From positions 1 through 33,006 of the forward strand of contig NW_021832778.1 of NCBI RefSeq assembly GCF_006345805.1: DNA of 33,006 nucleotides, in the 5' to 3' direction. The notes below the pieces were generated by a model. It saw only the letters and a list, made by a program, of their open reading frames with translations. It was not told the origin of the DNA and did no database searches. Shown here in pieces: positions 9,373 through 21,869 of the stretch. The stretch's first letter is position 1. The number at the start of each line of letters is the position of its first letter. A program made the translations under genes and the position numbers. Source of the stretch: Octopus sinensis. Taxonomy: Eukaryota.

Positions 9373-12300
9373 ATAAATTATTAGAGAGTTATCCACTATG
9401 TGGATACTCTAGTGCTAAAAATAGCTCCGAAGCAACCACAGAAGATCCGTTTTTCCAACTAGAATCAACACACATTTAACTGAAGGAAAGTGAAATACAA
9501 CGATAAAATAGATTGACTCTATACAATTGTTTCATTACTAATGCAATATGTGTTTTACTTACACTTGCATCTATAAATCTTCGGTAGAGTTTGTCAGAAA
9601 TGCAATTAATTAGATCGATTCGGGCGTCAAAAACACGAGCGGTCCAACCAATTACATTTTTAGTTATGTCTCAAATTCCGCGCCAAAAGCATGCCTAGAC
9701 TCCATTGAACGTATGCCGCATCAAATAAAATATTGACTGGCGCGTAGTTAATTTAAATTATAAATGAGGGTGAAAAATCGATATTAATTTAATAATACCG
9801 TCAATTTAACACCAAGTGGCTTAGCACAAAAAACTACGGAGGAAATACAAATTTATACTAAATTAATTAGAGAGGTTATCCACTATGTGGATAACTCTAG
9901 TGCTAAAAATAGCTCCGAAGCAACCACAGAAGATCCGTTTCCAACTAGAATCAACACACATTAACTGAAGGAAAGTGAAATACAACGAATAAAATAGATT
10001 GACTCTATACAATTGTTTCATTACTAATGCAAATGTAGTTTTACTTACACTTGCATCTATAATCTTCGGTAGAGTTTGTCAGAAATGCAATTAATTAGAT
10101 CGATTCGGGCGTCAAAACACGAGCGGTCCAACCAATTACATTTTTAGTTATGTCTCAAATTCCGCGCCAAAAGCATGCCTAGACTCCATTGGAAACGTAT
10201 GCCGCATCAAATAAAATATTGACTGGCGCGTAGTTAAATTTATAAAATTATAAATGAGGGTGAAAAATCGATATTAATTTAATAATACCGTCAATTTAAC
10301 ACCAAGTGGCTTAGCACAAAAAACTACGGAGGAAATACAAATTTATACATAATTATTAGAGAGTTATCCACTATGTGGATAACTCTAGTGCTAAAATAGC
10401 TCCGAAGCAACCACAGAAGATCCGTTTCCAACTAGAATCAACACACATTTAACTGAAGGAAAGTGAAATACAACGAATAAAAGATTGACTCTATAACATT
10501 GTTTCATTACTAATGCAATATGTAGTTTTACTTACACTTGCATCTATAAATCTTCGGTAGAGTTTGTCAGAATGCAATTAATTAGATCGATTCGGCGTCA
10601 AAACACGAGCGGTCCAACAATTACATTTTTAGTTATGTCTCAAATTCCGCGCCAAAAGCATGCCTAGACTCCATTGGAACGTATGCCGCATCAAATAAAA
10701 TATTGACTGGCGCGTAGTTAAATTTATAAAATTATAAATGAGGAGAGTCAATCTATTTTATTCTTGTATTTCACTTTCCTTCAGTTAAATGTGTGTTGAT
10801 TCTAGTTGGAAACGGATCTTCTGTGGTTGCTTCGGAGCTATTTTTAGCACTAGAGTTATCCACATAGTGGATAACTCTCTAATAATTTATGTATAAATTT
10901 GTATTTCCTCCGTAGTTTTTTGTGCTAAGCCACTTGTTGTAAATTGACGGTATTATTAAATTAATATCGATTTTTCACCCTCATTTATATTTTTATAAAT
11001 TTAACTACGCGCCAGTCAATATTTTATTTGATGCGGCATACGTTTCCAATGGAGTCTAGGCATGCTTTTGGCGCGGAATTTGAGACATAACTAAAAATGT
11101 AATTGGTTGGACCGCTCGTGTTTTTGACGCCCGAATCGATCTAATTAATTGCATTTCTGACAAACTCTACCGAAGATTTATAGATGCAAGTGTAAGTAAA
11201 ACTACATATTGCATTAGTAATGAAACAATTGTATAGAGTCAATTTATTTTATTCGTTGTATTTCACTTTCCTTCAGTTAAATGTGTGTTGATTCTAGTTG
11301 GAAACGGATCTTCTGTGTTGCTTCGGAGCTATTTTTAGCACTAGAGTTATCCACATAGTGGATAACTCTCTAATAATTTATGTTATAATTTGTATTTCCT
11401 CCGTAGTTTTTTGTGCTAAGCCACTTGGTGTTAATTGACGGTATTATTAAATTAATATCGATTTTTCACCCTCATTTATAATTTTATAAATTTAACTACG
11501 CGCCAGTCAATATTTTATTTGATGCGGCATACGTTTCCAATGGAGTCTAGGCATGCTTTTGGCGCGGAATTTGAGACATAACTAAAAATGTAATTGGTTG
11601 GACCGCGGTGTTTTTGACGCCCGAATCGATCTAATTAATTGCATTTCTGACAAACTCTACCGAAGATTTATAGATGCAAGTGTAAGTAAAACTACATATT
11701 GCATTAGTAATGAAACAATTGTATAGAGTCAATCTATTTTATTCGTTGTATTTCACTTTCCTTCAGTTAAATGTGTGTTGATTCTAGTTGGAAACGGATC
11801 TTCTGTGGTTGCTTCGGAGCTATTTTTAGCACTAGAGTTATCCACATAGTGGATAACTCTCTAATAATTTATGTATAAATTTGTATTTCCTCCGTAGTTT
11901 TTTGTGCTAAGCCACTTGTTGTTTAAATTGACGGTATTATTAAATTAATATCGATTTTTCACCCTCATTTATAATTTTATAAATTTAACTACGCGCCAGT
12001 CAATATTTTATTTGATGCGGCATACGTTTCCAATGGAGTCTAGGCATGCTTTTGCGCGGGAATTTGAGACATACTAAAAATGTAATTGGTTGGACCGCTC
12101 GTGTTTTTGACGCCCGAATCGATCTAATTAATTGCATTTCTGACAAACTCTACGAAGATTTATAGATGCAAGTGTAAGTAAAACTACATATTGCATTAGT
12201 AATGAAACAATTGTATAGAGTCAATCTATTTTATTCGTTGTATTTCACTTTCCTTCAGTTAAATGTGTGTTGATTCTAGTTGGAAACGGATCTTCTGTGG

Positions 12301-12466
12301 TTGCTTCGGAGCTATTTTTAGCACTAGAGTTATCCACATAGTGGATAACTCTCTAATAATTTATGTATAAATTTGTATTTCCTCCGTAGTTTTTTGTGCT
12401 AAGCCACTTGGTGTTAAATTGACGGTATTATTAAATTAATATCGATTTTTCACCCTCATTTATAAT
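9373..12466. repeat. ~487-bp satellite array, ~2.8 forward plus ~3.5 inverted units, flanked by (TA)n
   Basis: TTAGAGAG unit marker at 9381, 9867 and 10356; reverse-complement markers end at 10882, 11373, 11864 and 12356; strand switch at 10743/10744. Confidence 0.95.
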
Positions 12467-12709
12467 AATTATATATATATATATATATATACAATATATT
12501 CAGGGTGAATACTTGATAAATGTAAGCACCTGTATATGCCAGCTAGTAGCATAGGTGATAGGATGAATACTTATTTCATTACAAGCAACATGAACCATAT
12601 TTCTTCTTAAGAAAAAACATTATATCATGAATAGCAATTGCGAAACCGGTCGATACATTAAAAATTATACTATAACAATGTAAGTGTGCGTATTTTCCTT
12701 TTTTAATTT

Positions 12710-12752
<43 letters not shown>

Positions 12753-12864
12753 ATATTATATAATATATATATACATGTATATAAGTGAAATAAGCACTAG
12801 AGATAATTTGTGCCACACAGAAACAGAGGCTTCTGGAAGCATTTGTAAATATATTGCAATGCTG

Positions 12865-13143
12865 CAAACTCTTCCATATCGTCAGCAGGTTTCTCAGGGT
12901 CACAAGCGTTTCGTCCCTTTGCCCGTGCACTTCATCTCAGCGAGGCAGTGAGGACTGAGCGAGTCTTTGCCTACCTATCAACCATAACGTTCTTGAGCTA
13001 GTTTCAGCTGTCGTGCCTATTTTCTCGATGGCTTTCTTCCGCTGTCTTGGTTCCAGGCCTATCTTCTTTACGAAATAGCACACTGATTTACATGGAAAGC
13101 TAAGATAGCCGACTTCAATGCAGAATGAACCCGCATGCCAAGG
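12865..13143 (-). mobile_element. Hero/NeSL-like non-LTR retrotransposon 3' end (restriction-like endonuclease C-terminus)
   Basis: WHAGSFCIEVGYLSFPCKSVCYFVKKIGL...KKAIEKIGTTAETSSRTLW resembles the W....P.EVG.RGF...S......LG......AE..S.WLW motif. Confidence 0.6.
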
Positions 13144-13560
13144 ACCATATGCATGTTTATATGTATACACAGACACAGAAAGGGATACCCATGTGTACGT
13201 ATCCACACAAATATGTACATACATACGCATTCATACATAGAGATATACATATACACACACACATATATGTATATATATGCACATACACACACATACACAC
13301 ATATTTATATATATACATACACACACAGACATATATATATACGTATACATATACATGCTCACAGATATATACCTATGCACAGGTATGTACATATACCAAC
13401 ACATTCATACACACTCACTTATGCATTGATACCTGTATATGCATATGGACTTACGTACTTACGTACACATGCATATACGTACATATCTACGGCGCCATAC
13501 ACCTATAAATATATTTATACAAACACACACCACACACCCCCCCACACACACACACACACC

Positions 13561-13616
<56 letters not shown>

Positions 13617-13795
13617 TATAACTATGGGTATCTAAAATACCATCATAGGTAATAATTATAATTAAAATTATGATTAAAGGTATAGATACCCTTAGATACC
13701 CTTAATTATAATTTTAATAATATTATTACTTATGAGGTTTTTATTCCCATGCTAGCCACTTGATATGATCGGTATTTTGAATAATGAACTTATCC

Positions 13796-13831
<36 letters not shown>

Positions 13832-13839
13832 AATGTGAC

Positions 13840-14034
13840 CTCGTGTGTGTACCGTTGGCGATTTTTTTTCCTCTGTCTTCTCTTCTCTGGATCTTTCCTT
13901 CTCCTATGTTTCCGACGAAGAGCTCCGCTCGAAACGTTAAACACTCCTTCTTCCCTTCTTTCCTGAGCGTCCAATAATACTATATTTGCTCCACGTCCTC
14001 GCGTTGTTGTGTTTTTTTGTTTTCTTGTTTGGAT

Positions 14035-14040
<6 letters not shown>
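13840..14040 (+). mobile_element. PLE-like terminal-repeat fragment, family a, second copy
   Basis: Homologous to 1-195; embedded in (TA)n on both sides. Confidence 0.55.
13907..13943 (+). ncRNA. Minimal type I hammerhead ribozyme motif with a U4-to-C core change
   Basis: tgttt-CCGACGA-a-gagc(tcc)gctc-GAAA-cg-TT-aaaca. Confidence 0.65.
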
Positions 14041-14073
<33 letters not shown>

Positions 14074-14372
14074 TATATATATACATACATACGCACGCAT
14101 ATGGACATCAACATATACTAACTTCCATCACATATAACACCTACATACACAGACATATAAATAAATAAACAGCGTAGTGTAGGGAAAGAAGAGGTTGGAA
14201 ATAAAAGGATATAGAAAAAAGAACAGATATTTAAGGCAAGCAGCGAAAATAAAAATCTAAAATGCACTAATTGTGCTCTAGGTATGTATGTATTTCCATA
14301 TTTGAGGTGTATATAACTTTAGGTGTTCATGCGTCCTAGGTCAGATGGTATAGTGGTTTCATTATATATATA

Positions 14373-14830
14373 TATTTCATATCTCTTTTACTCTTTTACT
14401 TTTCTTATTGTACTTGTTTAGTCATTTGACTGCGGCCATGCTGGAGCACCGCCTTTAATCGAGCAACTCGACCCCGGGACTTATTCTTTTCTAAGCCCAG
14501 TACTTATTCTCTCGGTCTCTTTTGCTGAACCGCTAAGTAACGGGGTCATAAACACACCAGCATCGGTTGTCAAGCAATGCTAGGGGGACAAACACAGACA
14601 CATAAAACACACACACGCATACTATATATATATATAATATAATATATATATATATATATACATATACGACGGGCTTCTTTCAGTTCCGTCTCCCACATCC
14701 ACTCCAAGGCTTTGGTCGGCCCGAGGTATATAGAAAGACACTTGCCCAAGGTGCCACCACGCAGTGGGACTGAACCCGGAACCATGTGGTTGGTAAACAA
14801 GCTACTTACCACACAGCCACTCCTGCGCCT
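14373..14830 (-). mobile_element. tRNA-derived SINE, family 1
   Basis: Full-length homolog of 7550-7961. Confidence 0.92.
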
Positions 14831-15036
14831 ATATATATAATAAAAACAACTAATGTGAAAATATACGTGGACAAATACAATAAAATACAATAAAATAGAA
14901 TTTTTTTGAATAATGTCATGGATCAGGTGAGAAAGGAAAATGAAAAACATAATATTATAACTCATGTTATATCTGCAGTATGTGTCTAAACCTCCGTGAG
15001 AGGCGGGGTGTATAAACCTAAGAATAAGTCCCGGTG

Positions 15037-15344
15037 GGGGTTGAGACCCTCTTCGGTCATGAATGGCCATTAGATTGCACCTAGAAAGTTACCCTCCGAG
15101 GCACAAGTCCAGGCAAGGTTGCCCATGAATACTAGCCTCCCCTCTCTACACCACTGATGTTATCCAAAGGAAAGACAAAGGCCGATACAGCTTGGCACCA
15201 GTGATGTCGCAACTCATTTCTACAGATGAGTGAACTGGAGTAACATGAAATAGAGTGTCTTGTTCAAGAACACAACACGCAACCCGGTCCGCAACTTCAT
15301 GATCGTAAGCTTGACGTTCTAACCACTGAGCCATACGCCTTCAC
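15037..15344 (-). mobile_element. tRNA-derived SINE, family 2
   Basis: Minus head GTGAAGGCGTATGGCTCAGTGGTTAG (A box), central GTGTTCTTGAACAAGACACT, distinct 3' end; B box degraded. Confidence 0.7.
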
Positions 15345-15616
15345 TTCGTGGTGGGGGTATGGTACATAGAAATATATCTTTCCATTACACAAGTTAAAAA
15401 TAAAGGTAGAGATAGAAATAGAAACAGCTAGAAAATGCAATCCATACTTTAAGACTTTAAAACTCATGTAGGATCAGAGGAAATGAGAAAAATTATAAAT
15501 AAAATCAACAACTTATAGAAATATAATTAATTTGGGAGGCTGAAAACCTGAAAAAGAATGGTAGGAAGGCAGTCACCAATAATGCCAAGAGAAATAAGAA
15601 AAGTTTGGGAATACAA

Positions 15617-16663
15617 TCTTTATATATATAAAACTGAGAATGTGTGTCTGTCTGTCTGTCTGTGTGTTTCCCTAAAACTTGAGAACTACACAACCAATTT
15701 CATTCAAATTTTACACATGCCTTACTTAGGGTCCGTGGAGTGTCATCGGCCAAAAAAAAGTTCAACTTCTTGCCTAGAGCGAGCCTATAGCAATATCATA
15801 TCTTCTCCACTATTTCAGTATTACGTGTTAAAAGTGAAACAAAAACATTTCTCTATTTTATGTCAGATACTTCCACTTTAACAATAAAAATAATAATAAC
15901 GATTGAATTATATGTAGTAAGTAATAATTAAAATCAAACTAAAGTATAATTTAATCGTAACATAACAAAAGTAAAGATAGCAATTGGCATAAAATTGCAT
16001 CAATGATTTGAACTTGAATAAGTGGTTTCACATGAATGGGAATAAATTAAAAATAAAATTAGCGTGCAGAAATGGAATAGTCCAGATGGATAATAAAAAA
16101 TTAAATTAAAGAAAAGACTACTGTCTATAAAGTATACAATGTAGAGAAAAAAGAAGATTTGAACACATGGAGAAAAGCACCTCCGAAAAGTGTCTTGGTG
16201 CGACTATGAAAGGTATCTAATCAGAGGCGGTAAATTCGCCACAATAGAAGCAAGGTTCGAGTCAACGGAGCGTGCAAGGGAGTACTCGACTCGAACTTGC
16301 AAAGTGGAAATATTTTACTTTTACCTTTATATCTGGGACGTAGGACGTCCCGGAAAAAAAGTTTTTAATGCCCCCCCCCCCCCCCGAAGTAGAGGTAGGC
16401 TGGATTGTAGCCACACTTCTATACAAGAGGGAGGACAAGATACAATTGATCGAAATTACAAGAGACGGGCTAACAATTCCAGTCTGTTATATATTTTGAG
16501 TATTGTTATCACTAGCGATATCAAGATATAACTTTGTATTTTGTATTTTATGTGTAGTTGTATTTATGTAGATGTACATGTAATATATACACATATATAT
16601 ATATATACACATATATACATGCACTAGTACTATGACCTGGCAACGACGGGTCTTTAATGCTAG
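15617..16663 (+). mobile_element. Non-autonomous Helitron (the two ends may belong to different elements)
   Basis: A|TCTTTATATATATAAAA plus (GTCT)n near the 5' end; 3' hairpin GACCTG-gcaacga-CGGGTC then CTAG|T at 16660-16664. Confidence 0.55.
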
Positions 16664-16678
16664 TAATTTATAGAATAA

Positions 16679-17080
16679 ACTAGCATTAAAGACCAGCGAT
16701 GTGTAGCAACATCTGATAGCCTGGTCGGTCACGGTGATATACACACACACACACACGCATACACACACACATGATTGTATGCGCACATAAGCACTCATGC
16801 AAGCATGAACACAGTTACACATAGTTGAAAATTTCTTAAAATATACCTTGACTCCAACAGGAATTTTGACCTCTGTCTGTTTCACGTTTTCTTAGAAATC
16901 GAACCAGCACCTTCTATAAACATTGTTGTATGATTCCTAAAATAACACGACACCATCTTGCATGACATAACACACCTACATATACAAAAAAGTTTTGATT
17001 AATCTTTAAAAGAATCGTCCACAAGCGGAAACAGTGAATCGAATATTATACACCGGCTACATTAAACCAGCAAGTGAGAG
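16679..17080 (-). mobile_element. Helitron-like 3' portion in opposite orientation
   Basis: Minus-strand hairpin GACCAG...CTGGTC then TTTAATG-CTAG|T; 5' extent unclear. Confidence 0.45.
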
Positions 17081-17269
17081 TTGTGACCTTGCTGCGCACT
17101 GCCTTTAATCGAGCAACTCGACCCCGGGACTTATTCTTTTGTAAGCCCAGTACTTATTCTATCGGTCTCTTTGGCCGAACTGCTAAGTAACGGGGACATA
17201 AACACACCAGCATCGGTTGTCAAGCAATGCTAGGGACAAAACACACACGCCATACTTATATATATATAC

Positions 17270-17324
<55 letters not shown>

Positions 17325-17488
17325 CGACAGGCTTCTTTCAGTTTCCGTCTCCCAAATCCACTCACAAGGCTTTGGTCGGTCCGAGGCTATAGTAGGGGAC
17401 ACTTGCCCAAGGTGCCGCGCAGTGGGACTGAACCCGGAACCATGTGGTTGGTAAACAAGCTACTTACCACACAGCCACTCCTGCGCCT
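17081..17488 (-). mobile_element. tRNA-derived SINE, family 1, tail missing
   Basis: Homolog of 7550-7961. Confidence 0.9.
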
Positions 17489-17885
17489 ATATATATATAT
17501 ATATATATACGCATATATCCATGTGTTTTTGTTTGTGTTCGTGTGTATGTGCGAGTGTATGTTTGGGTTAATGATTCAGAGGAAGAGGACTCAATATATA
17601 GAGTATTTTTAATTTTATATAATTCTATAGCTGCTATACATACATACATACATACATACATACATACATACATACATACATACATGTATACATACAAGCT
17701 TAAATAATGCATATCCATCTATCTATCTGCAAATGTAAGTTTGTATGTACGTATGTAGTTATGTATGTAAGTATATACGTTAACGGTAACTCGTGTATTA
17801 TATATTAAATATATATATATATTATATATATATATTATATATATATACATACATACACACATGTGTGTATATACATCATACATAC

Positions 17886-17961
<76 letters not shown>

Positions 17962-18236
17962 CACATATACATATAGGCATTGTCGTTTTATACAGTGTGT
18001 GAGAACTTGACGATATGTCTGTGTGTGTATGATATACATCCATGCATGTATACATACATACTGTCAGATTCTCAGGCATTGTTGAAAGCGATAATGCCTA
18101 TTTATATATTTAGTTTTACTTCAGTTGTTCTTCATACTCCAACTTCAAAATATTGCATCTAAAACCTCTCGTTCGTTGGTGGCAAGTTTTTTTGTTTCAT
18201 AATTAAAATATGCTGTTTATCAGTTATTTTTTTATT

Positions 18237-18444
18237 ATGTTCTACAAATTCCATATATCCCGTCTTAAGTATTTGGTCGAACGGTTTGCAATCAGAGAGT
18301 ATATTGCTGTGCGGGTGGCGAATTTGGCACCCTAACTATCTAAGCAATGGTATCTGGAATTTTGCTGGAGATTTCTTTATCCTGCCAGCCTGTAGACTTT
18401 TGTATTATCGACATAATCTTGGCAGTTGACGGCAAATACACGCC
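18237..18444. repeat. 208-bp direct repeat, copy 1
   Basis: Matches 19709-19916 with one visible substitution. Confidence 0.92.
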
Positions 18445-18604
18445 TTAAATGTCTGTTATGAAACCCATGACAAGCTGCGTTCCCTACAAAAGAGTGCCAA
18501 ATGTCTCGTTCTTAGAGATTTCTTTGAAATTATGACACAATACCATATCAGTGTTTTATTTATATATATATATTTCTTTTTTTTTTGCTACAAACGTCAC
18601 AAAA

Positions 18605-18750
18605 GCGTGGCTCTGTGGTTAAGAATAACGTTTCTCAGATACGCATTTTCGAGTTCAGTCCCTTATATTGTATCTTAGTTTGGCATTTACTAAATTCCTG
18701 AGTCGACCAAAGTTTTACGTGTGAAAATTATTAAACGGAGACTTATTTGA
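18605..18750 (+). mobile_element. Old, degenerate SINE family 1 5' half
   Basis: GCGTGGCTCTGTGGTTAAG...GAGTTCAGTCCC...GTCGACCAAAG...AAACGGA aligns loosely to the family 1 head. Confidence 0.45.
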
Positions 18751-18944
18751 GGGCTGATGGAGGTTCCACTTTTTTTCGTGTCTATGGTGGGGGTATAGAT
18801 GTCGTCCGTTGCTCGGCCTAACACCGTCAACTAGTTCTTAGGTTCCGTTCTGTTTTGATCGTTTGGAGCAGTCCTACATTCGGGGAACAACTTCTTAATA
18901 TTGTGAGAGTCCTTGAAAAAGATCATGGGGCAGTTTTCTTCTCT

Positions 18945-19154
18945 TTTTCTTCTTCTTCTTCTTCTTCTTCTTCTTCTTCTTCTTCTTCTTCTTCTTCTTC
19001 TTCTTCTTCTTCTTCTTCTTCTACATCATTATCTTCATCATCATCATCATCATCATTATCATCATTATCTTCTTCTTCTTCTTCTTCTTCTTCTTCTCTT
19101 CTTCTTCTTCTTCTTCTTCTTCTTCTCTTCTTCTTCTTCTTCTACATCATTATC

Positions 19155-19188
<34 letters not shown>

Positions 19189-19196
19189 CCATTTTC

Positions 19197-19232
<36 letters not shown>

Positions 19233-19328
19233 TTCTTCTTCTTCTTCTTCTTCTTCTTCTTCTTCTCCTCTGTCTTCTCCTCCTCCTTCTTCTTCTTCTT
19301 CTTCTTCTACATCATCATCACCATTTTC

Positions 19329-19364
<36 letters not shown>

Positions 19365-19403
19365 TCATCATCTTCTTCTTCTTCTTCTTCTTCTCCTTCT
19401 TCT

Positions 19404-19438
<35 letters not shown>

Positions 19439-19455
19439 TCTTCTTCTTCTTCTCG
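18945..19455. repeat. Compound (TTC)n/(ATC)n microsatellite
   Basis: Directly visible. Confidence 0.97.
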
Positions 19456-19708
19456 TACTGCACCTAATATTTAAACTAAAGGATATTTTCGAGTCGCAGT
19501 CAGTTACTATGACGAGTAAAATGTATTGTAAAAACATTCACACGGAAGATGTAATCTTTTGAAACTGTAAATATGAAATGCTGAATTCAGTTTTATTGCG
19601 ACTTATCATATTGTTCGCAGTATTAATAATATTAGGTAAATGTTTCTTCTTATCTTATTCCCCAAAATCGCCTCATATCCATTGATTATCATCGATATGT
19701 ACGTAGAT

Positions 19709-19916
19709 ATGTTCTACAAATTCCATATATCCCGTCTTAAGTATTTGGTCGAACGGTTTGCAATCAGAGAGTATATTGCTGTGCGGGTGGCGAATTTGGC
19801 ACCCTAACTATCTAAGCAAAGGTATCTGGAATTTTGCTGGAGATTTCTTTATCCTGCCAGCCTGTAGACTTTTGTATTATCGACATAATCTTGGCAGTTG
19901 ACGGCAAATACACGCC
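19709..19916. repeat. 208-bp direct repeat, copy 2
   Basis: Matches 18237-18444. Confidence 0.92.
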
Positions 19917-20127
19917 ATAGTATTTTATTTAAACCTGTGCTTGATTAGACGTACGCGCTCAAGCATACACACGCACACTGTAATTTTCAGTTTGCTTGTG
20001 GAGACTTAAGCTTTGTTCAAGAGCGTGATTAACCGTTACACATTATTGACAAGTCACCAAAATGGCGAAGCGCTTCTAATGTTCCCGTGAATCACTGAAG
20101 AGAGACGAAATGCAATTCGTTAATTCA

Positions 20128-20415
20128 TTATTATGAGTCAAACACTGATTTTATATTTAGACTCATTAGAGCATCTAAAAATCAACTCTAGCTCTGAGAT
20201 CTGCTATTTTCTCCTACTAGTTCTACATGCACACCAGTAGTCTCTGATCCTTTAATCTAGCGAGCAGTGTATTATTACGATTCAAACACTGATTTTATAT
20301 TTAGACTCATTAGAGCATCTAAAAATCAACTCTAGCTCTGAGATCTGCTATTTTCTCCTACTAGTTCTACGTGCACACCAGTGGTCTCTGATCCTTTAAT
20401 CTAGCGAGCAGTGTA
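20128..20415. repeat. 144-bp tandem duplication
   Basis: TCAAACACTG at 20138 and 20282; a few substitutions. Confidence 0.92.
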
Positions 20416-20817
20416 ACCAGCTTCACCCCAATCCACTACGTGCGCCCTCTTCCCGTCGTTTCTCACGCGTCTTAGTGTTAAACTCAACGATAACAAAACT
20501 CATCTAACAGATAATCCTCTGTCTTCCTTTCTCCTTATTGGCACCAACCTACAGAAGTTGAAACTGAACAGCAAACAGATCGATCTCATCAATCTGAAAG
20601 GGTGCCAAAGATCCTATACAATGTTCAACCTTTTCCGACTAAAGACATTGAAATGGGTCCGAAAATTATTACCTAAGTTAAAGTTATTGAATCGGAAAAT
20701 AAATTGATTTTATGATACTTCAGGCTGTACTGGTCTATATCTATCATGCTAACATGATGACTCACTTATGTGAGAAATTTAACGCAAAGATACATGGCTT
20801 CGTGCTTTTGCTTATAC

Positions 20818-21207
20818 ATTTACTCTTTACTTGTTTCAGTCATTTGACTGCGGCCATGCTGGAGCACCGCCTTTAGTCGAGCAAATCGACCCCGGGACTT
20901 ATTCTTTGTAAGCCTAGTACTTATTTTATCGGTCTCTTTTGCCGAACCACTAAGTGACGGGGACGTAAACACACCAGCATCGGTTGTCAAGCAATGCTAG
21001 GGGGACAAACACAGACACACAAACATATACACGTACACTTATATATATATATACATATATACGACAGGCTTCTTTCAGTTTCCGTCTACCAAATCCATTC
21101 ACAAGGCATTGGTCGGCCCGGGACTATAGCAGAAGACACTTGCCCAAGATGCCACGCAGTGGGACTGAACCTGGAACCATGTGGTTGGTTAGCAAGCTAC
21201 TTACCAC
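20818..21207 (-). mobile_element. tRNA-derived SINE, family 1, first ~20 nt missing
   Basis: Homolog of 7550-7961. Confidence 0.9.
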
Positions 21208-21869
21208 TAATTTCAGCATCATATTCACACAATGTATTCCCCAGATGTATCCACTATAATAGAGAAATATAATTCACCAATAAAGTCAACCCAAGCTGAA
21301 TGAAAATACGTGAACGAACACCACAATAGGAGATCGACGTTTAGAAAAATAATAAACCAATGTTATTCGAAGCTTAGCTTTTAGCACTGTTGTAAAAATG
21401 GAGCGATTTTACAACAAAGACAGTACATAAGAGCAAAACAATGAACAGCGAAAGAGGAATCTTTTAGCGATGATTGAAATGAATTTAGTTGTCATGAAGA
21501 ATGCTGTGTCAATGAGAAAGTTTATTTTTGAAACATACCAGTTGTGACTTCAAAAATTGTTTTCAGATATTCCGCATGCTGCTGAGAAAAAACTGCAAGT
21601 ACTTCAACAACTTATAGTAATTGAAATAAATCTTTAGAAGATTGCCAATGGTATTATTCTCATAGTCAAAGTACAATTTTGGTTTAGATTTCACGACAAT
21701 TAGTTTGTTTATTAATTCGACATTCACTCACGTCTTTGAATTTCTCAGCTATGAGAGAAATACAAATTAGATAGGAACTATTTTAATATTTATAGTTGTT
21801 GGCATCCTTTTTGTCTCGGGAGAAAAGGGAGTTGCGCATAAAATAATCTAGTCCGGCTTTTACATTTCA

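Noticed and set aside
9373-12466. Array as CRISPR or bacterial oriC (TTATCCACA boxes)
   Set aside because: Units are identical 487-mers with no unique spacers or cas genes; there is one box pair per unit in a eukaryotic repeat context and no dnaA.
12865-12915. GAAAC...CTGACGA on the minus strand in the Hero-like 3' UTR as a type II hammerhead
   Set aside because: No UH after stem III, and stems I and II cannot be formed.
13622-13725. AT-rich inverted repeats (GGGTATCTAA/TTAGATACCC)
   Set aside because: Short, low-complexity and without definable ends; cannot be assigned.
18855-19562. Poly-Ser/Leu/Phe/Ile ORFs
   Set aside because: Stop-free only because they span (TTC)/(ATC) repeats.
20088-20128. 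CTGAAGAGAGACGAAA hammerhead-like string
   Set aside because: Stem II has only one pair and stem I is not adjacent to the core.
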